Source of the DNA: Polymyxa betae A26-41
Taxonomy: Eukaryota > Protista > Endomyxa: Phytomyxea
Length of the DNA: 64,000 bases
Reading direction: 5' to 3'
Assembly: GCA_003693705.1 (NCBI GenBank)
Contig: RBZT01000499.1
Coordinates: forward strand, 248,001-312,000
Below are positions 11,726 to 22,239 of the stretch, in pieces. A model generated the notes under the pieces. The model was not told where the DNA came from, searched no databases, and was given only the letters and a program-made list of their open reading frames with translations. Within the stretch, counting starts at the first letter, position 1. Every line of letters begins with the position of its first letter. The translations under genes were made by a program, and so were the position numbers.

Positions 11726-12555
11726 TCAATCCTTTTTCTGTCGTTCTTCAATCTTTGTTAACGCCTGCACTGCAATACTCGTGATGCCAGACGCCAGGGT
11801 CGGCATCAACGATGAACTGGCAGACCTTAGGGTCTTATGTGCATCGTCGACATGAGTCTGAACTTTTCTTAATAATCTATCAATTCGATCACGATGAAGC
11901 ACGAAGATCGGCCGAATTGTCTTAGCATAGATGTATCTGGAACCCTGGAACAAACGAATCAAACAATTTGCAAGCAAGCATACAGATTGGTATACCCTGA
12001 AGGGAGGAATGAAACACCAAAGTAAGAATATCATCTTGAATTCTGAATAGTAAGGAAGTCTGTATTGGACAAGTTAGTCAAATTTGTTACATATTCGTAG
12101 CGAGACCAACCTATAGAAAAGCCGATCTGTTATCTGATGAATGAAATGTAATGACCCATACACGACCCAATACGAAAGCCTGTAAAATCGTGAAAATAAG
12201 CGGAACTTTGAAGTGAGATGATTACCAATATCTCTGCTCTTTAAGATCATCGCTCTGAATAGATTCAAACGACTTAAAAGCAGGATATGAGAACGCCAGG
12301 AACAAGCTGAATGCAAGAATAAGACAAAACAAAGACACAGACAACACCATACCAAATGTTTTCTAGCGAATATAGAACGATAGCGAAGGCGGTTATGATG
12401 AGAGCAGAGACTGCAACAGTAGCGATGGGAGGAATCCCTGTCACCCGATAGAAGGCTTTTAACAGTGCTACATGAGTTTAGCAGAGACCAATAGCAGAGG
12501 TCAGACACTAACCATGGTCTTGGAGATGATCATTGAAGGCTGTAATGGACTCCAT
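11726..12555 (-). CDS. HVA22/TB2/DP1 (REEP) family membrane protein, multi-exon
   Basis: YWVVYGSLHFI..LPYYSEFKMIFLLWC..GSRYIYAKTIRP is the TB2/DP1/HVA22 signature. Confidence 0.85.
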
Positions 12556-12794
12556 AATCGGTCCTAGATGGCTCGCATTATCACTATAACACACAGACTC
12601 CGATTTCGCTAAGATTCAGCAAAACTGATTTGTCAATTATAATTTCAAGCGAATTGTAATTCATTCTAATCATATTATTTGAAGTAATTTGGCATGGTCT
12701 TGAGCTCCTCTAACATTGCCGCCCATATCTGTTCTTCGTTCAAAGGCGAAATAACATTTATGACATCCACTAAAACAGTTTGAATAAAATACAT

Positions 12795-13959
12795 TTATAA
12801 ATTCTTTAATGCCCTCATGCAGTATTCAAATGAAGTGAACGTCACCGCGCATGCTGGAACGACACGAATCAAATTAGCGCTCATACCGCGAAAGAACGCT
12901 TTTGAGCCTTCTTCTATGTATATCTTTCTAAGACATTGAGCAAGGCTCGTATAAATTAACCTGGTTCCCTGTTTCTACGACACGGTCAGCAATAACAAAC
13001 AAAACAAACATTCTACTAACCTGAAACCTGGTTCGAACAACTTCGTGGGGATATGTGATAGACGAGGCCACAATTTTCGATAGCGACGACGCCTTGATGA
13101 GACCCCAAAGACTCAGCTGCTTCTCTGGATCGTTCGTTCCGAAGTATTTCTTCAGCGCTTCATACAATGGAAACTGAATAGCGACATGAGTGACCCCAAA
13201 CAATGAGGCGGGTAGGCCCCTATAGAATCCACGAATCCCTTCCTCCTGGAATACCTACGACCTCGATAAGCTTAAGGAATGCTCTGAGACGCAATCTGCA
13301 ACCTTAATGAAAGCATGGGCGATGCCCCTATATTTCGGTGTGCTCTCTGCTGAAGTGTGCTGAGTCTGTAGACGAACCTTGATTAGCCAGATTGGGTTCG
13401 TAGCACATGTTGTGACAGCACCAGCTCCGATTGCCGACACAATGTGAACAGCATTGGCAGAATAGCCGTCCATCAGACCATCATTCAATGTCGCTTTCAG
13501 TCTGCCATACGTCGAGAAGTAGATAGCCCAGTTAGGGACCAGCCCGAAGATCGTCGACCCCAAGCCTTTGAATAAGCCGCGAGCGCCTTCTTCTCGCAAA
13601 GTCCTCGCTAGCGTTCCAGAGAGGCTCGTATATCTTAAATCGATACCGCTGCCGGGATTCGTCGTCGGCTTGAAATGTTGCTGGACCTGCATCCGTGTCT
13701 TCGCCAAGTCCCTGAACGTTAGCGATTAAAGCTGGAAATGAAACTTGTTCCTATTTCTTACAAAGGCGCTGTCACAATGGCGGCCAAGACGCCACTGACT
13801 GCACCCGACACCATCTCTTTCAAAGCTAATCTAAAAATCTCGTTTAATACGAAGAAACCGAGAAAAAACAAAACGTTGGCAAGTGGATAAACAATCGCCT
13901 TACGTTGATTGCTGACTTAAACGACCATGTCGGTGATGGTCATGAATCTCTGTTGTCAT
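12795..13959 (-). CDS. Mitochondrial carrier, NAD+/folate transporter (NDT1/SLC25A32-like)
   Basis: Three carrier repeats: APLDLAKTRMQVQ, TNPIWLIKVRLQTQ, TYPHEVVRTRFQ; also PNWAIYF and HVAIQFPLYE. Exons assembled from MTTEIH at 13959 to the stop at 12795. Confidence 0.9.
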
Positions 13960-14254
13960 CTTCGATTCGCTACCAAGCTCGTGAATTTCTGCAGCATTCA
14001 GGAACGGTAGTCTTGATGGCCAGCCTTGCCGCTGCCTTGCCCGCCGCTGGTCGTCAGTTGCTTTCAGACGTCCAGCGCACCCCAGACACCTCTAACCGGA
14101 CGACGCGGGAAAATCGCACACGGATTGGAAAATGGAAGGATGACGATCGTTATGGAGATATGGGCAGATACGCCTGCCTGTGAATCTTGAGATCATGCTG
14201 CTCTTCAAGGTACTCTTCAGACGGGACTGTTCCAGAATGTTGTCTGCATTGGTC

Positions 14255-14316
14255 GGGATTCGGGGGGGGGGGGGGGGACATAAGGGGGGCACTTTAGTCG
14301 AGTAACTTACCCCCTT
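14255..14316 (+). repeat. G16 homopolymer plus G6 run (potential G-quadruplex or hairpin)
   Basis: GGG ATTC G16 (14262-14277) ACATAA G6 (14284-14289); AAGGGGG can pair with CCCCCTT at 14310-14316. Confidence 0.8.
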
Positions 14317-14802
14317 CTGCATTGTTGCATTTTATTTCTGAGTAATTACATAATAAAAACACCTTGAACTTGTTTGCCTATACCGGTACACTTTATCATG
14401 GAGTTTAATTGGTAAATTGAAGAACTGGATTGCTGTTCACTCATTACGAAATCGGATTTGATTAAGAACAGTTCCGAGCGGAAATCAAATGACAAATTTC
14501 AGCAGAACAGCTCTTTCCATATTCAGTTAAGTTTTGAAGAAATATCAAACATGAGAGAGCGAATACAAACAAGAATCTGTCATCGGCTGAGCATATGATT
14601 TACACCCTTTATAGTAGATAACTAAACCCCTTCGGTTTAAAAATTCCTGCAATCAGTGAAATGGTGGAAAATGATCCATTTTGCATATAAGCACGTCGCG
14701 ATGAGTGTGGTGAAACCCTAGTTAGGACTTGACGAAGGGGCCATATCTCATTGCCCTGCACAGTAACATTACCATCACACATCTCAACTGTCTATATAAC
14801 AT

Positions 14803-16316
14803 TTGCCAAGCAGCTGTTTAATCAGTATGCTTATAGGGCGTCGGAATAAGGAGAACTCGGCCGGAGACTTCAATGCTGCTATGGAGCTGCTGCCCAAGCG
14901 CAAGTCGGTCGGAACAAAGCTGGCAGAGACGCCGCAGAAGTTGAAAGCTGAGATTTTGTGCAAGAATCGCGAGATCGAGCAGCTCAGACGCCTGCTTGAT
15001 CAGGCTAATAAAAGCAATTCGGGTCTATCTTCTCCTAGACAGCAGCTTTTCTCTTGTGATTGCCAGGAAAAATATCGGGTTGCCTTTAAAAAGGTAATCT
15101 TCGTGTTGCAAGACATGAGAAAAATAGTTTTGAACTCCGACCAGGTTGAAGAATGTATCTCTCTTGTTCGCCAACATCCATGGAGTGAAAACGATAAAGT
15201 TTGTTCACAGGTAAGCATGTTTTGGTTTTAACTTTCAGAGGCAATCCAATCATTCTCTGCTAACAGGATGCATTGGATTTGCTGCAAGCTGGATTGGCGT
15301 TATCCTTTGCGCCAGCTATGACAAAAGCTCGAATGAGCAGAAGGCATTCGATGGCGTCAAGCGTTTCCACAGAAGATCTCTCAGAAGAGAGTTATGAAAG
15401 TCGACTTGAGCTAAGACAGAAACTCGCAGAGTATTCGAAGAAACTGGACGCTTCGTTGAAGCACGAGCAGGAAATAGAAGCTGTTGTAAGTAAACTTGGT
15501 GAAGCTTGTAGGCTATCTGAAGCCAGAGCGAGTGAGTACCAGGCGAAAAGCGAATCACTCCATTCGTCTTTAATATCTGAAAGAAAGAACGCCGCTTCGC
15601 TTCTAGTTCGAGTTCAGGAAGCCGAAGATGACCGCCTAAGTTTACGAGAGGATGTCATTCGTCTTCAAGGCGAAATCGAACAACTGGAAGCTAACTTGAA
15701 GCAATCCCAAAAAGCAAATGAACAGGCGAATGCGTCGTTGATTGAGATGAAAATTATGACCGGAAAACTCCATCAATTAACGCGAGATCTCTCTCGGGAA
15801 AGAGAATTCAACGAGGTTCAAGCACAGACAATAGGAAGTCTCGAGAAGGAGAACCAGAACCTGTCAAAGGCAGTAGCTGAACGTGACGAAAGAATTCGAC
15901 ATCTCGTTTGCAGTACTTACACCGAGAAGGAAGCTGAACGTGAGGCACTTCTCAATCGCATCAATATCGCTAACACTGCCGTATCGACGTTGCAACTCGA
16001 GTTGCAATTGAAACAGCAGGGACAAGTCGGTGAAGAATCAGACGAAGAGGGCGCAGGTGAGGAGTTAAGCTCATTCAGTCCCCTCAAATCGCCTAGGCAA
16101 ACACTTTTGAATGGAAATATTGATGCTACACGGGGAGTCCTAAAAGAATTCTCGGATGAAGAGGACGATCAAGAAGAGGAAGATAAAACCATCATCTTGC
16201 AGGATCTCAACAGACACAAGGGAATACCGCTTTTCCTATTGTCCAACCAACTTCTGCCTGGTTATAATTCAGTCAGAATTGTTACCAGATGTTTGAAATC
16301 AAAAATGCTTAAATAA
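14803..16316 (+). CDS. Long coiled-coil protein of unknown function (boundaries uncertain)
   Basis: Two ORFs joined by a GTAAG..CAG intron near 15211-15267; heptad-rich E/K/L/Q composition; N-terminal KEN box-like NKENS. Confidence 0.6.
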
Positions 16317-16420
16317 AATGTTTTACTGCAAGCGAAGATTCCTCTTTGTCCATCATGAATTCATAATCAATCTATTATCCGGTAGAAGCTTGATAAGCTC
16401 GAATGAGATAATGAAATTTT

Positions 16421-16995
16421 TTAAAATACATTTATCGAATGATACGATTGGCGAAAATGAACTAGAGGTCCATCCGTTGCAGACTCTTCTTCCTCCCGTA
16501 ATAAGCCTGAATTAACCTCTGCGAAAATAACAGTATGGTCGCTGATCTCAACAGATTTACAGACACTGCACTCAAGATGCGCGTTTGATTCCAGTAATAA
16601 TCTGTCCAGAATACTTTGAAAGTTGGCAGACGAGTCTGCGATTTTTAATTCATCCAGCATAGTCGTCTGTGAATATCTTAACAAAAATACATCCATTTGC
16701 CTGGTTTGCGAAATCAGCTGATGCATGCGACCTAAGGTTATTTAATAACGATTCTGATATGTCACTACGAATCGTACATTACCATGGGAGTACAACGAGA
16801 TAGAGACAATCGACGGTTCAAGTGATACAGACGTCAACGTGTTAATGGGGACGGCCCGAACCAGGCCATCCTTCGATCGTGAAGATACCACACAGACTGT
16901 GAAATTCAAACTGAGACCCGCCTGCATGCAGCTGGAAACGCATTACCCTGCGAGGCGAATGCCCGACGAAGAATCTGATGTATATCACTGATCAT
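16421..16995 (-). CDS. Flavin reductase-like domain protein (HpaC/RutF family)
   Basis: VCVVS..INTLTSVSLEPSIVSISL..SRMH..AHLEC..EISDHTVIFAEV..PLVHFRQSY. Confidence 0.85.
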
Positions 16996-17232
16996 TATTG
17001 CGATAGGGTTAATTCTGTGATGACCCCGTGCTAAAAGTCATTGATATCACATAATTTGGAAGATTCTGATATCGAAAGCTGATACGTTTAGTGAGTTATA
17101 AACAGTCATTACAATTTAAAGACGTCTCGCCAACACTGAAAGAGACTCTCTAAAAGACAGATTACACAAGTGTCGGGATATATGAGATTCACAGACTTTT
17201 GGCTGATGGATGAAGCAATTAGTTTAGTATAT

Positions 17233-18702
17233 TTAAAGGAATGAATGATATTCCGTACTGCCTTTCTGGCGAAAATGAACACGTTGCTTGATACGGTCTT
17301 CGACAGTATCGCCAGATTCCATAAATGCTTGTTTCTTCATTTTCTGAATGAATTCAGCGTTATTGCCGGCTTCCGAGTCGCGAAGTCGTAGCGCTTCTTC
17401 CTCGCGTTTTTGTGCTTCAATATCGAGCTTTAACTGTTTCGAGCGAATTTCGTGCTGTCCTTGGGCATCGTTCATCATCGCCTTTAGCCTGGCTTCACGC
17501 TCTTCTGGCGTCAAAGTGCTAGAAACTGATGACGCCACATCTCTCTTCCTTTGTAGCCGTTGCCCAATACGAGATTTGAGCGCCTTCAGCCTCAATTCGT
17601 GAGCCTCTTTCGGAGCCATGGCATCTCGTTCTGGGCTTCTAGATTGTGACCGCTTTGCTAGCGAAGCCGCACGAGGTTGACGATCCCTGCTTTGCGATTG
17701 TGAACCACGACGAGAGGACCTTTCGTCGTCATCATAACGATGTCTCCTGTCCCGAGATCTATCACGATCTGGAGAATCTCTGTTTTGTCGCGACGTCGAG
17801 CGCGATCTGCCCCTGCGGTTGTCTCTTGCAGACCATGAGCGACCTCGATCTCGATTATCACGAGAACGATCCCGACGACGATTGCGATCGTCGTCCTCTT
17901 GTCGAGGAGATCTGGACAGGTGCCGAGAGTGACGGCCGTCGTCTTTGGATCTTCGATAATCACTGCGATCATCAGGTGAATGATGTCGGCGTTCAACTGG
18001 ACGGGGCGCCCTCGGCTGAATCAGCCCATATTTATCAACATGGCTACGCACACGCTCGGGAGCCGGCGATCGGCTGCGACTTGCAGATTTCGAGCGTCGA
18101 CTCTCCTTATTGTGCTTCTTCTTCTCTTTTTTCTTTTCCCCTTTCTCCATCTTCTTCAGCTTCTTCAGCAGCTTTTTCTTGTCAACTTCTTCCCGAATGC
18201 GTTTCATCTGCAGCGGATTCTTTAGAATACTTAGACGCTGTTCCTGTTCTTGCTTTAAAATCAGCAGCATGGGATCCTCTCGAATCCTTGATTCTGCATC
18301 AAAATCTCTCTGCTCATACTTCTGCACCCATCTTTCAGTGCCATTCGTAGATATCGCATCGACGCCGGTTGGCTTCTTAGGCTCGGGCGCCAATTTACTA
18401 GCGGGAATGGGTTTCCCGAGAAGAAACTCCTCTTTCTCTTTCTGTTTAATTTCTGCCTCAATCTCGGCACTGCGATACATCCAATCGAGACGTTCGACCG
18501 GCTTTTGTCCGACACCATGCTGGCGTTGCAGGGCGCGAAGCTCCTCGACCTGGCGTTCTTCAGCAATCTCCTTCTGAAGCTGGGCTAGTTTCGACTTCTC
18601 GGCGGCATCCTTTTGCTCTGCAAGCCAGACTTTCTCGGCATTGGCGATCGTGGCTGTATGCCAGCTCTTTTTGTTCAAGAAGGAGAGACCGCCCTTCCCC
18701 AT
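17233..18702 (-). CDS. CWC25: Pre-mRNA splicing factor CWC25
   Basis: LSFLNKKSWHT..NAEKVWLAEQ (CIR N-terminal), ERLDWMY, EFLLGK, IREDPML; RS/RD-rich tail. Confidence 0.93.
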   Translation of the reverse strand: MGKGGLSFLNKKSWHTATIANAEKVWLAEQKDAAEKSKLAQLQKEIAEERQVEELRALQRQHGVGQKPVERLDWMYRSAEIEAEIKQKEKEEFLLGKPIPASKLAPEPKKPTGVDAISTNGTERWVQKYEQRDFDAESRIREDPMLLILKQEQEQRLSILKNPLQMKRIREEVDKKKLLKKLKKMEKGEKKKEKKKHNKESRRSKSASRSRSPAPERVRSHVDKYGLIQPRAPRPVERRHHSPDDRSDYRRSKDDGRHSRHLSRSPRQEDDDRNRRRDRSRDNRDRGRSWSARDNRRGRSRSTSRQNRDSPDRDRSRDRRHRYDDDERSSRRGSQSQSRDRQPRAASLAKRSQSRSPERDAMAPKEAHELRLKALKSRIGQRLQRKRDVASSVSSTLTPEEREARLKAMMNDAQGQHEIRSKQLKLDIEAQKREEEALRLRDSEAGNNAEFIQKMKKQAFMESGDTVEDRIKQRVHFRQKGSTEYHSFL

Positions 18703-18892
18703 TTTGTAAAAAATAGTTTGCCAATTTCACGCACAAAGTTGCGCATAAAGTCACAATTTCTAAAAGGCAGCATAAGCCATATTACAGTTTTTTGGGTATT
18801 TCGCGTGAAATTTTCCTCGAGGCGATATCGATTGAATTACGGTATTTAAATACGCATTTTAAGCTCGCGACTACAGTAAGAACAAAAATAAC

Positions 18893-18978
18893 GACTGTCA
18901 TATCTGCGCAATGAGCAGTCAATTTTCGTCTGCGCAATGAACAGTCAATTTTCGTCTGCGCAATGAGTAATGACAGTC
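18893..18978. repeat. 2.5 x 26-bp tandem repeat bracketed by 9-bp inverted repeats
   Basis: TCTGCGCAATGA(G/A)CAGTCAATTTTCG repeated at 18903-18967; GACTGTCAT (18893) and ATGACAGTC (ends 18978). Confidence 0.8.
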
Positions 18979-19877
18979 AGATGATATTACGATACAGAGG
19001 ATTCTCACACAAGACGCTTCATTAACTGTTTTCTCTAGCTACCAATTATCAAATATTTTCAAAAAAGTTGGACAGGTTACCAGACGAATGCTCTTCTTGA
19101 TTTTTGGTTCCGTGCCAAACCAACAAATTCACGATATAGGTACTGTAGGTATGAGACTCTGGCACAAATAAACACTTTTTTCGTCGCTCCTGGTCGACCA
19201 CTTTTTGACATTTCTCTTATGTATTTGCCGACTTCACCCATTTCTTCTCGATAGCCGCTCTACACTGATTCGTTGCCTGATTATCGCTTCCGTGTTTGGT
19301 TGCCAATATGAACCTGACACATTCAGCCGATTATTGCCAAATCGTCTATTTTGGGTCCGATATCGGTTTAGGCGAAGTAAAAGCAAGCACTCGCCAGACA
19401 AAACCCGCCTGTCGACCAGAAGATGAACGCTGCATTAAGTTCGCATTTACAGCGACGAAGATTAGTTTCATCATACGGCATGACATTCGGCTTCAAGGCG
19501 GCCTCGACAACTACAAACGGAAATTGAGCGAGGCTCAGCAAACCAAGTAGCAGGTGAATGAAGCGTTCGCATGGTTGGCGGTCACTGAAAGCTTGAATTG
19601 ACACTGGGTCGTTTAACAAAACTACAGCATGACTAAATTCAAATGCTGTCGATAAAAATGATTGAAATCTCGTTTCAGAGTAGAGACTGAATACGACCAG
19701 GGACGAAGAAACGCTCACAGATTAACTTCCATTGACGAGATTAGTGCATAAACTACGATCAGTCTGTTTCTTAGGATTCTGAGAATTGAAAGAATAATTT
19801 ATCGATATAAGATCATAAATATTAGGTTAGATCAATGGTTACTGGATGTGAAAGAATTCCAGTGCTGACATTCGGGA

Positions 19878-20927
19878 TTAAATAATACAGAATTCAAGAT
19901 CGTCTGTGTCTGTGAATGATCTTGTCAATACGTCTCTTAGCTCCATCAAATAAAGCACTTGGTCGCTTTGTCTGACTGAAGGGTATTTCACATCCAAACA
20001 GAATTCGGATTCTTTCTCTCGCAGCATATCGGAAACATCAGAAACGATCAGCGACAAAGATTGCTCCTCGGAAAACGAGATGGATTTGAAATGCACAGCA
20101 ATAGAAGTATAGAGGCGCAACCAGAATTGCAATGGATCATGAATGTCCGAACTCGTCGTGGGCAGCCAGCTAAAGAAGACCATCTCCAAAACATCAGGTT
20201 GCAGGAACCCAACACCGAGGGACTTTACAAAGCGCAGATGACAGGCGTTGATATCGTCTTCGCCGAAACCAGCTTGTAGACGATTGAAGACGTTGTTCAT
20301 GATCACGTAAGCGGCCTCATGCCAGACCTCGACGTAATTATGAGGGTTCAACAAGCGACCAAGTTTTGAGTCCAGCAAGTTGATGAAGATGGAGACGCAT
20401 TGCTCAGGAGATGTCTTGGCAAAGAAGTAGACAGTGAGGGAAGCCAGACGATCCCATCCCTGACTATATTCAAGATCAGAGGATTGGAGATGCTTGAAGT
20501 CGATGTCGGAACCATGATGGGCGAGAACTCGAACAACATTGACGAGGACGTCGCTGACAGCACTACGAAACTCGTTAAGCTCGTCCCGATCTTTGACCAA
20601 CACGTTCGGATGCTGAATACGATTGACATCAAGCTTGATTTGCTCATAAGCTTTGTTGACAGTGTTCAAGCTGCTCTGATCCAAGAGACTGTCATCTGCA
20701 GGTGTATGGAGACTCCCAACGCCGAGACGATCGTTGATAGGATGCCTGGAAAGGAGGCGGTCGGTCCCTGGGGAAGACGAATGCTCTAGGAAATGGTCGT
20801 CGATGATCGCTGGTTCCTCGAAAAGCCGAGTCTGCTCTGTGTCCTCGATATAGTTCTCGATGAGGTTGATGCCAAAGACGACGGCAACATGGACCAGGAG
20901 GCAGATAGTGAATGATAGTCTTGACAT
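19878..20927 (-). CDS. Secreted protein with TBC (Rab-GAP) domain, TBC1D20/Gyp8-like
   Basis: Signal-peptide-like MSRLSFTICLLVHVAVVFG; QIKLDVNR (IxxDxxR) and LEYSQGW (YxQG); later FVKSLGVG and FFSWLPT. Intronless, 349 aa. Confidence 0.75.
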   Translation of the reverse strand: MSRLSFTICLLVHVAVVFGINLIENYIEDTEQTRLFEEPAIIDDHFLEHSSSPGTDRLLSRHPINDRLGVGSLHTPADDSLLDQSSLNTVNKAYEQIKLDVNRIQHPNVLVKDRDELNEFRSAVSDVLVNVVRVLAHHGSDIDFKHLQSSDLEYSQGWDRLASLTVYFFAKTSPEQCVSIFINLLDSKLGRLLNPHNYVEVWHEAAYVIMNNVFNRLQAGFGEDDINACHLRFVKSLGVGFLQPDVLEMVFFSWLPTTSSDIHDPLQFWLRLYTSIAVHFKSISFSEEQSLSLIVSDVSDMLREKESEFCLDVKYPSVRQSDQVLYLMELRDVLTRSFTDTDDLEFCII

Positions 20928-21213
20928 GATGGTCTAATACAAATGAATTATGACCGAGGAAGATGGGAGTCAAACGATCTGAGGTCTCCGGGGTTTGCGG
21001 CTACCGTCGTTTTCTTACGGACTCCGGAAGACCGCGAATTCGACATCTTTCAGTTAGATGAAGGAAGTCGAATGCCGTATTCTTGCGACGCGGATTGGAA
21101 TAAAGATAAGATTCTTTCCATGAACATTCGAAGGCGGCAGCTGTCAATGCTGCAAATTCGCAAGCCGATGACTGTTTTTAGTTGCATTTCATTTAAACAG
21201 AGAGGTTCCCATG

Positions 21214-21400
21214 AAGGCTCATCACCCCAAGTGGCTGCTGCGCCTTCTTATTAATCATTAGTCGCTCATTAGAGAGAGCCACGTAGCCCACACCAGTCCA
21301 TCTAAAGGCCCCATCACCCCAAGTAACTGCTGCGCCTTCTCATTAGTCGCTCATGAGAGAGAGCCACGTCACCACTTTAGCCCACACCTTGCCCATCTAA
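21214..21400. repeat. Imperfect tandem duplication, 2 x about 93 bp
   Basis: CATCACCCCAAGT..CTGCTGCGCCTTCT..CATTAGTCGCTCAT..GAGAGAGCCACGT..TAGCCCACACC..CCATCTAA occurs twice head-to-tail. Confidence 0.85.
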
Positions 21401-21540
21401 CAATGTAAATCTTTAGATTGCATACCGAGAACTGCAGATAGAGACTGATATCTAAGAGCGTTGAGTACCATTTCAAGCAGGCTGCTAGTGATCGGCGCGT
21501 GTGCTTCGTCAGATCGTATTCCGATCTGGCTGTGGCGGCA

Positions 21541-22092
21541 ATGGCAGCACGCCGCTCTCTGAAGATCATGGTGACGTCGCCGGAGCTGGAAGATACCGTT
21601 TTGGTGGCTGCAGAAGGTGGCAATAGCCGCTTGTCGACCAAGGAATCGTTTGGCAAGATCTCACTCGGCCCTGCTTCTGAAGAGGGGTCCTCTATCAAGC
21701 CCACGCCGCCTTCGGCTAAACCGTCAAAGAAGCCAGCTGAAACTAACGATGATACTGCAATTACTCGGTTCCCACAAAAACGCAGCGAAAAGTTTACAGT
21801 ATCGGGAGAGACGGCTAGCAATAGCGAGTCATCGGACGCTGAAGAGCAGATTGGCCTCTGGAAACGCGACGATAATGTCAGCGAGATGGTGGCGGTTCAG
21901 AAACAACTCGGCCTAAAGTCTAGCAGATTCAGGCCGCTTTTCCTCGCCTCCGAGGATGAACATTCGGAAACAGATATGTCAGATATCTCGATCGACGGCG
22001 ACGAAATTATCCCAGCGGAAATGCTACAGACCTGGGAAAACGGCAGTACGTTTTCACAATCAGAAGATGAAGATGATACCGACGAGTCCTAA
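21541..22092 (+). CDS. Acidic, Ser-rich low-complexity hypothetical protein
   Basis: Uninterrupted ORF from MAARRSLKI with S/E/D-rich, disordered-looking composition; no recognised domain. Confidence 0.55.
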   Translation: MAARRSLKIMVTSPELEDTVLVAAEGGNSRLSTKESFGKISLGPASEEGSSIKPTPPSAKPSKKPAETNDDTAITRFPQKRSEKFTVSGETASNSESSDAEEQIGLWKRDDNVSEMVAVQKQLGLKSSRFRPLFLASEDEHSETDMSDISIDGDEIIPAEMLQTWENGSTFSQSEDEDDTDES

Positions 22093-22239
22093 TTGTGAAT
22101 ATTATTGCTTTCGTCAATCATGAATCCGTCTTCGCATCAAGTTGGTTTAAAATTATAAAGTTTACATTATTTCGATTGTGCAATCCGTTCCAAGTACCAG
22201 TGCAGTTTATATAAAACAAACAACTTCATATCGAGATGT

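Noticed and set aside
17348-18577. Long + strand ORFs opposite CWC25
   Set aside because: Antisense shadows of a low-complexity RS/KE-rich CDS.
19205-19718. Overlapping short ORFs (19205-19426, 19296-19550, 19368-19718)
   Set aside because: Non-ATG or weak starts, mutually overlapping, no motifs; cannot support a gene call.
19878-19895. C-terminal FCII of the TBC protein as a CaaX prenylation box
   Set aside because: The Cys is third from the end, not fourth.
20745-20760. RLLSR after the signal peptide as an RxLR/PEXEL translocation motif
   Set aside because: It does not match RxLR exactly, has no dEER, and such short motifs arise by chance.
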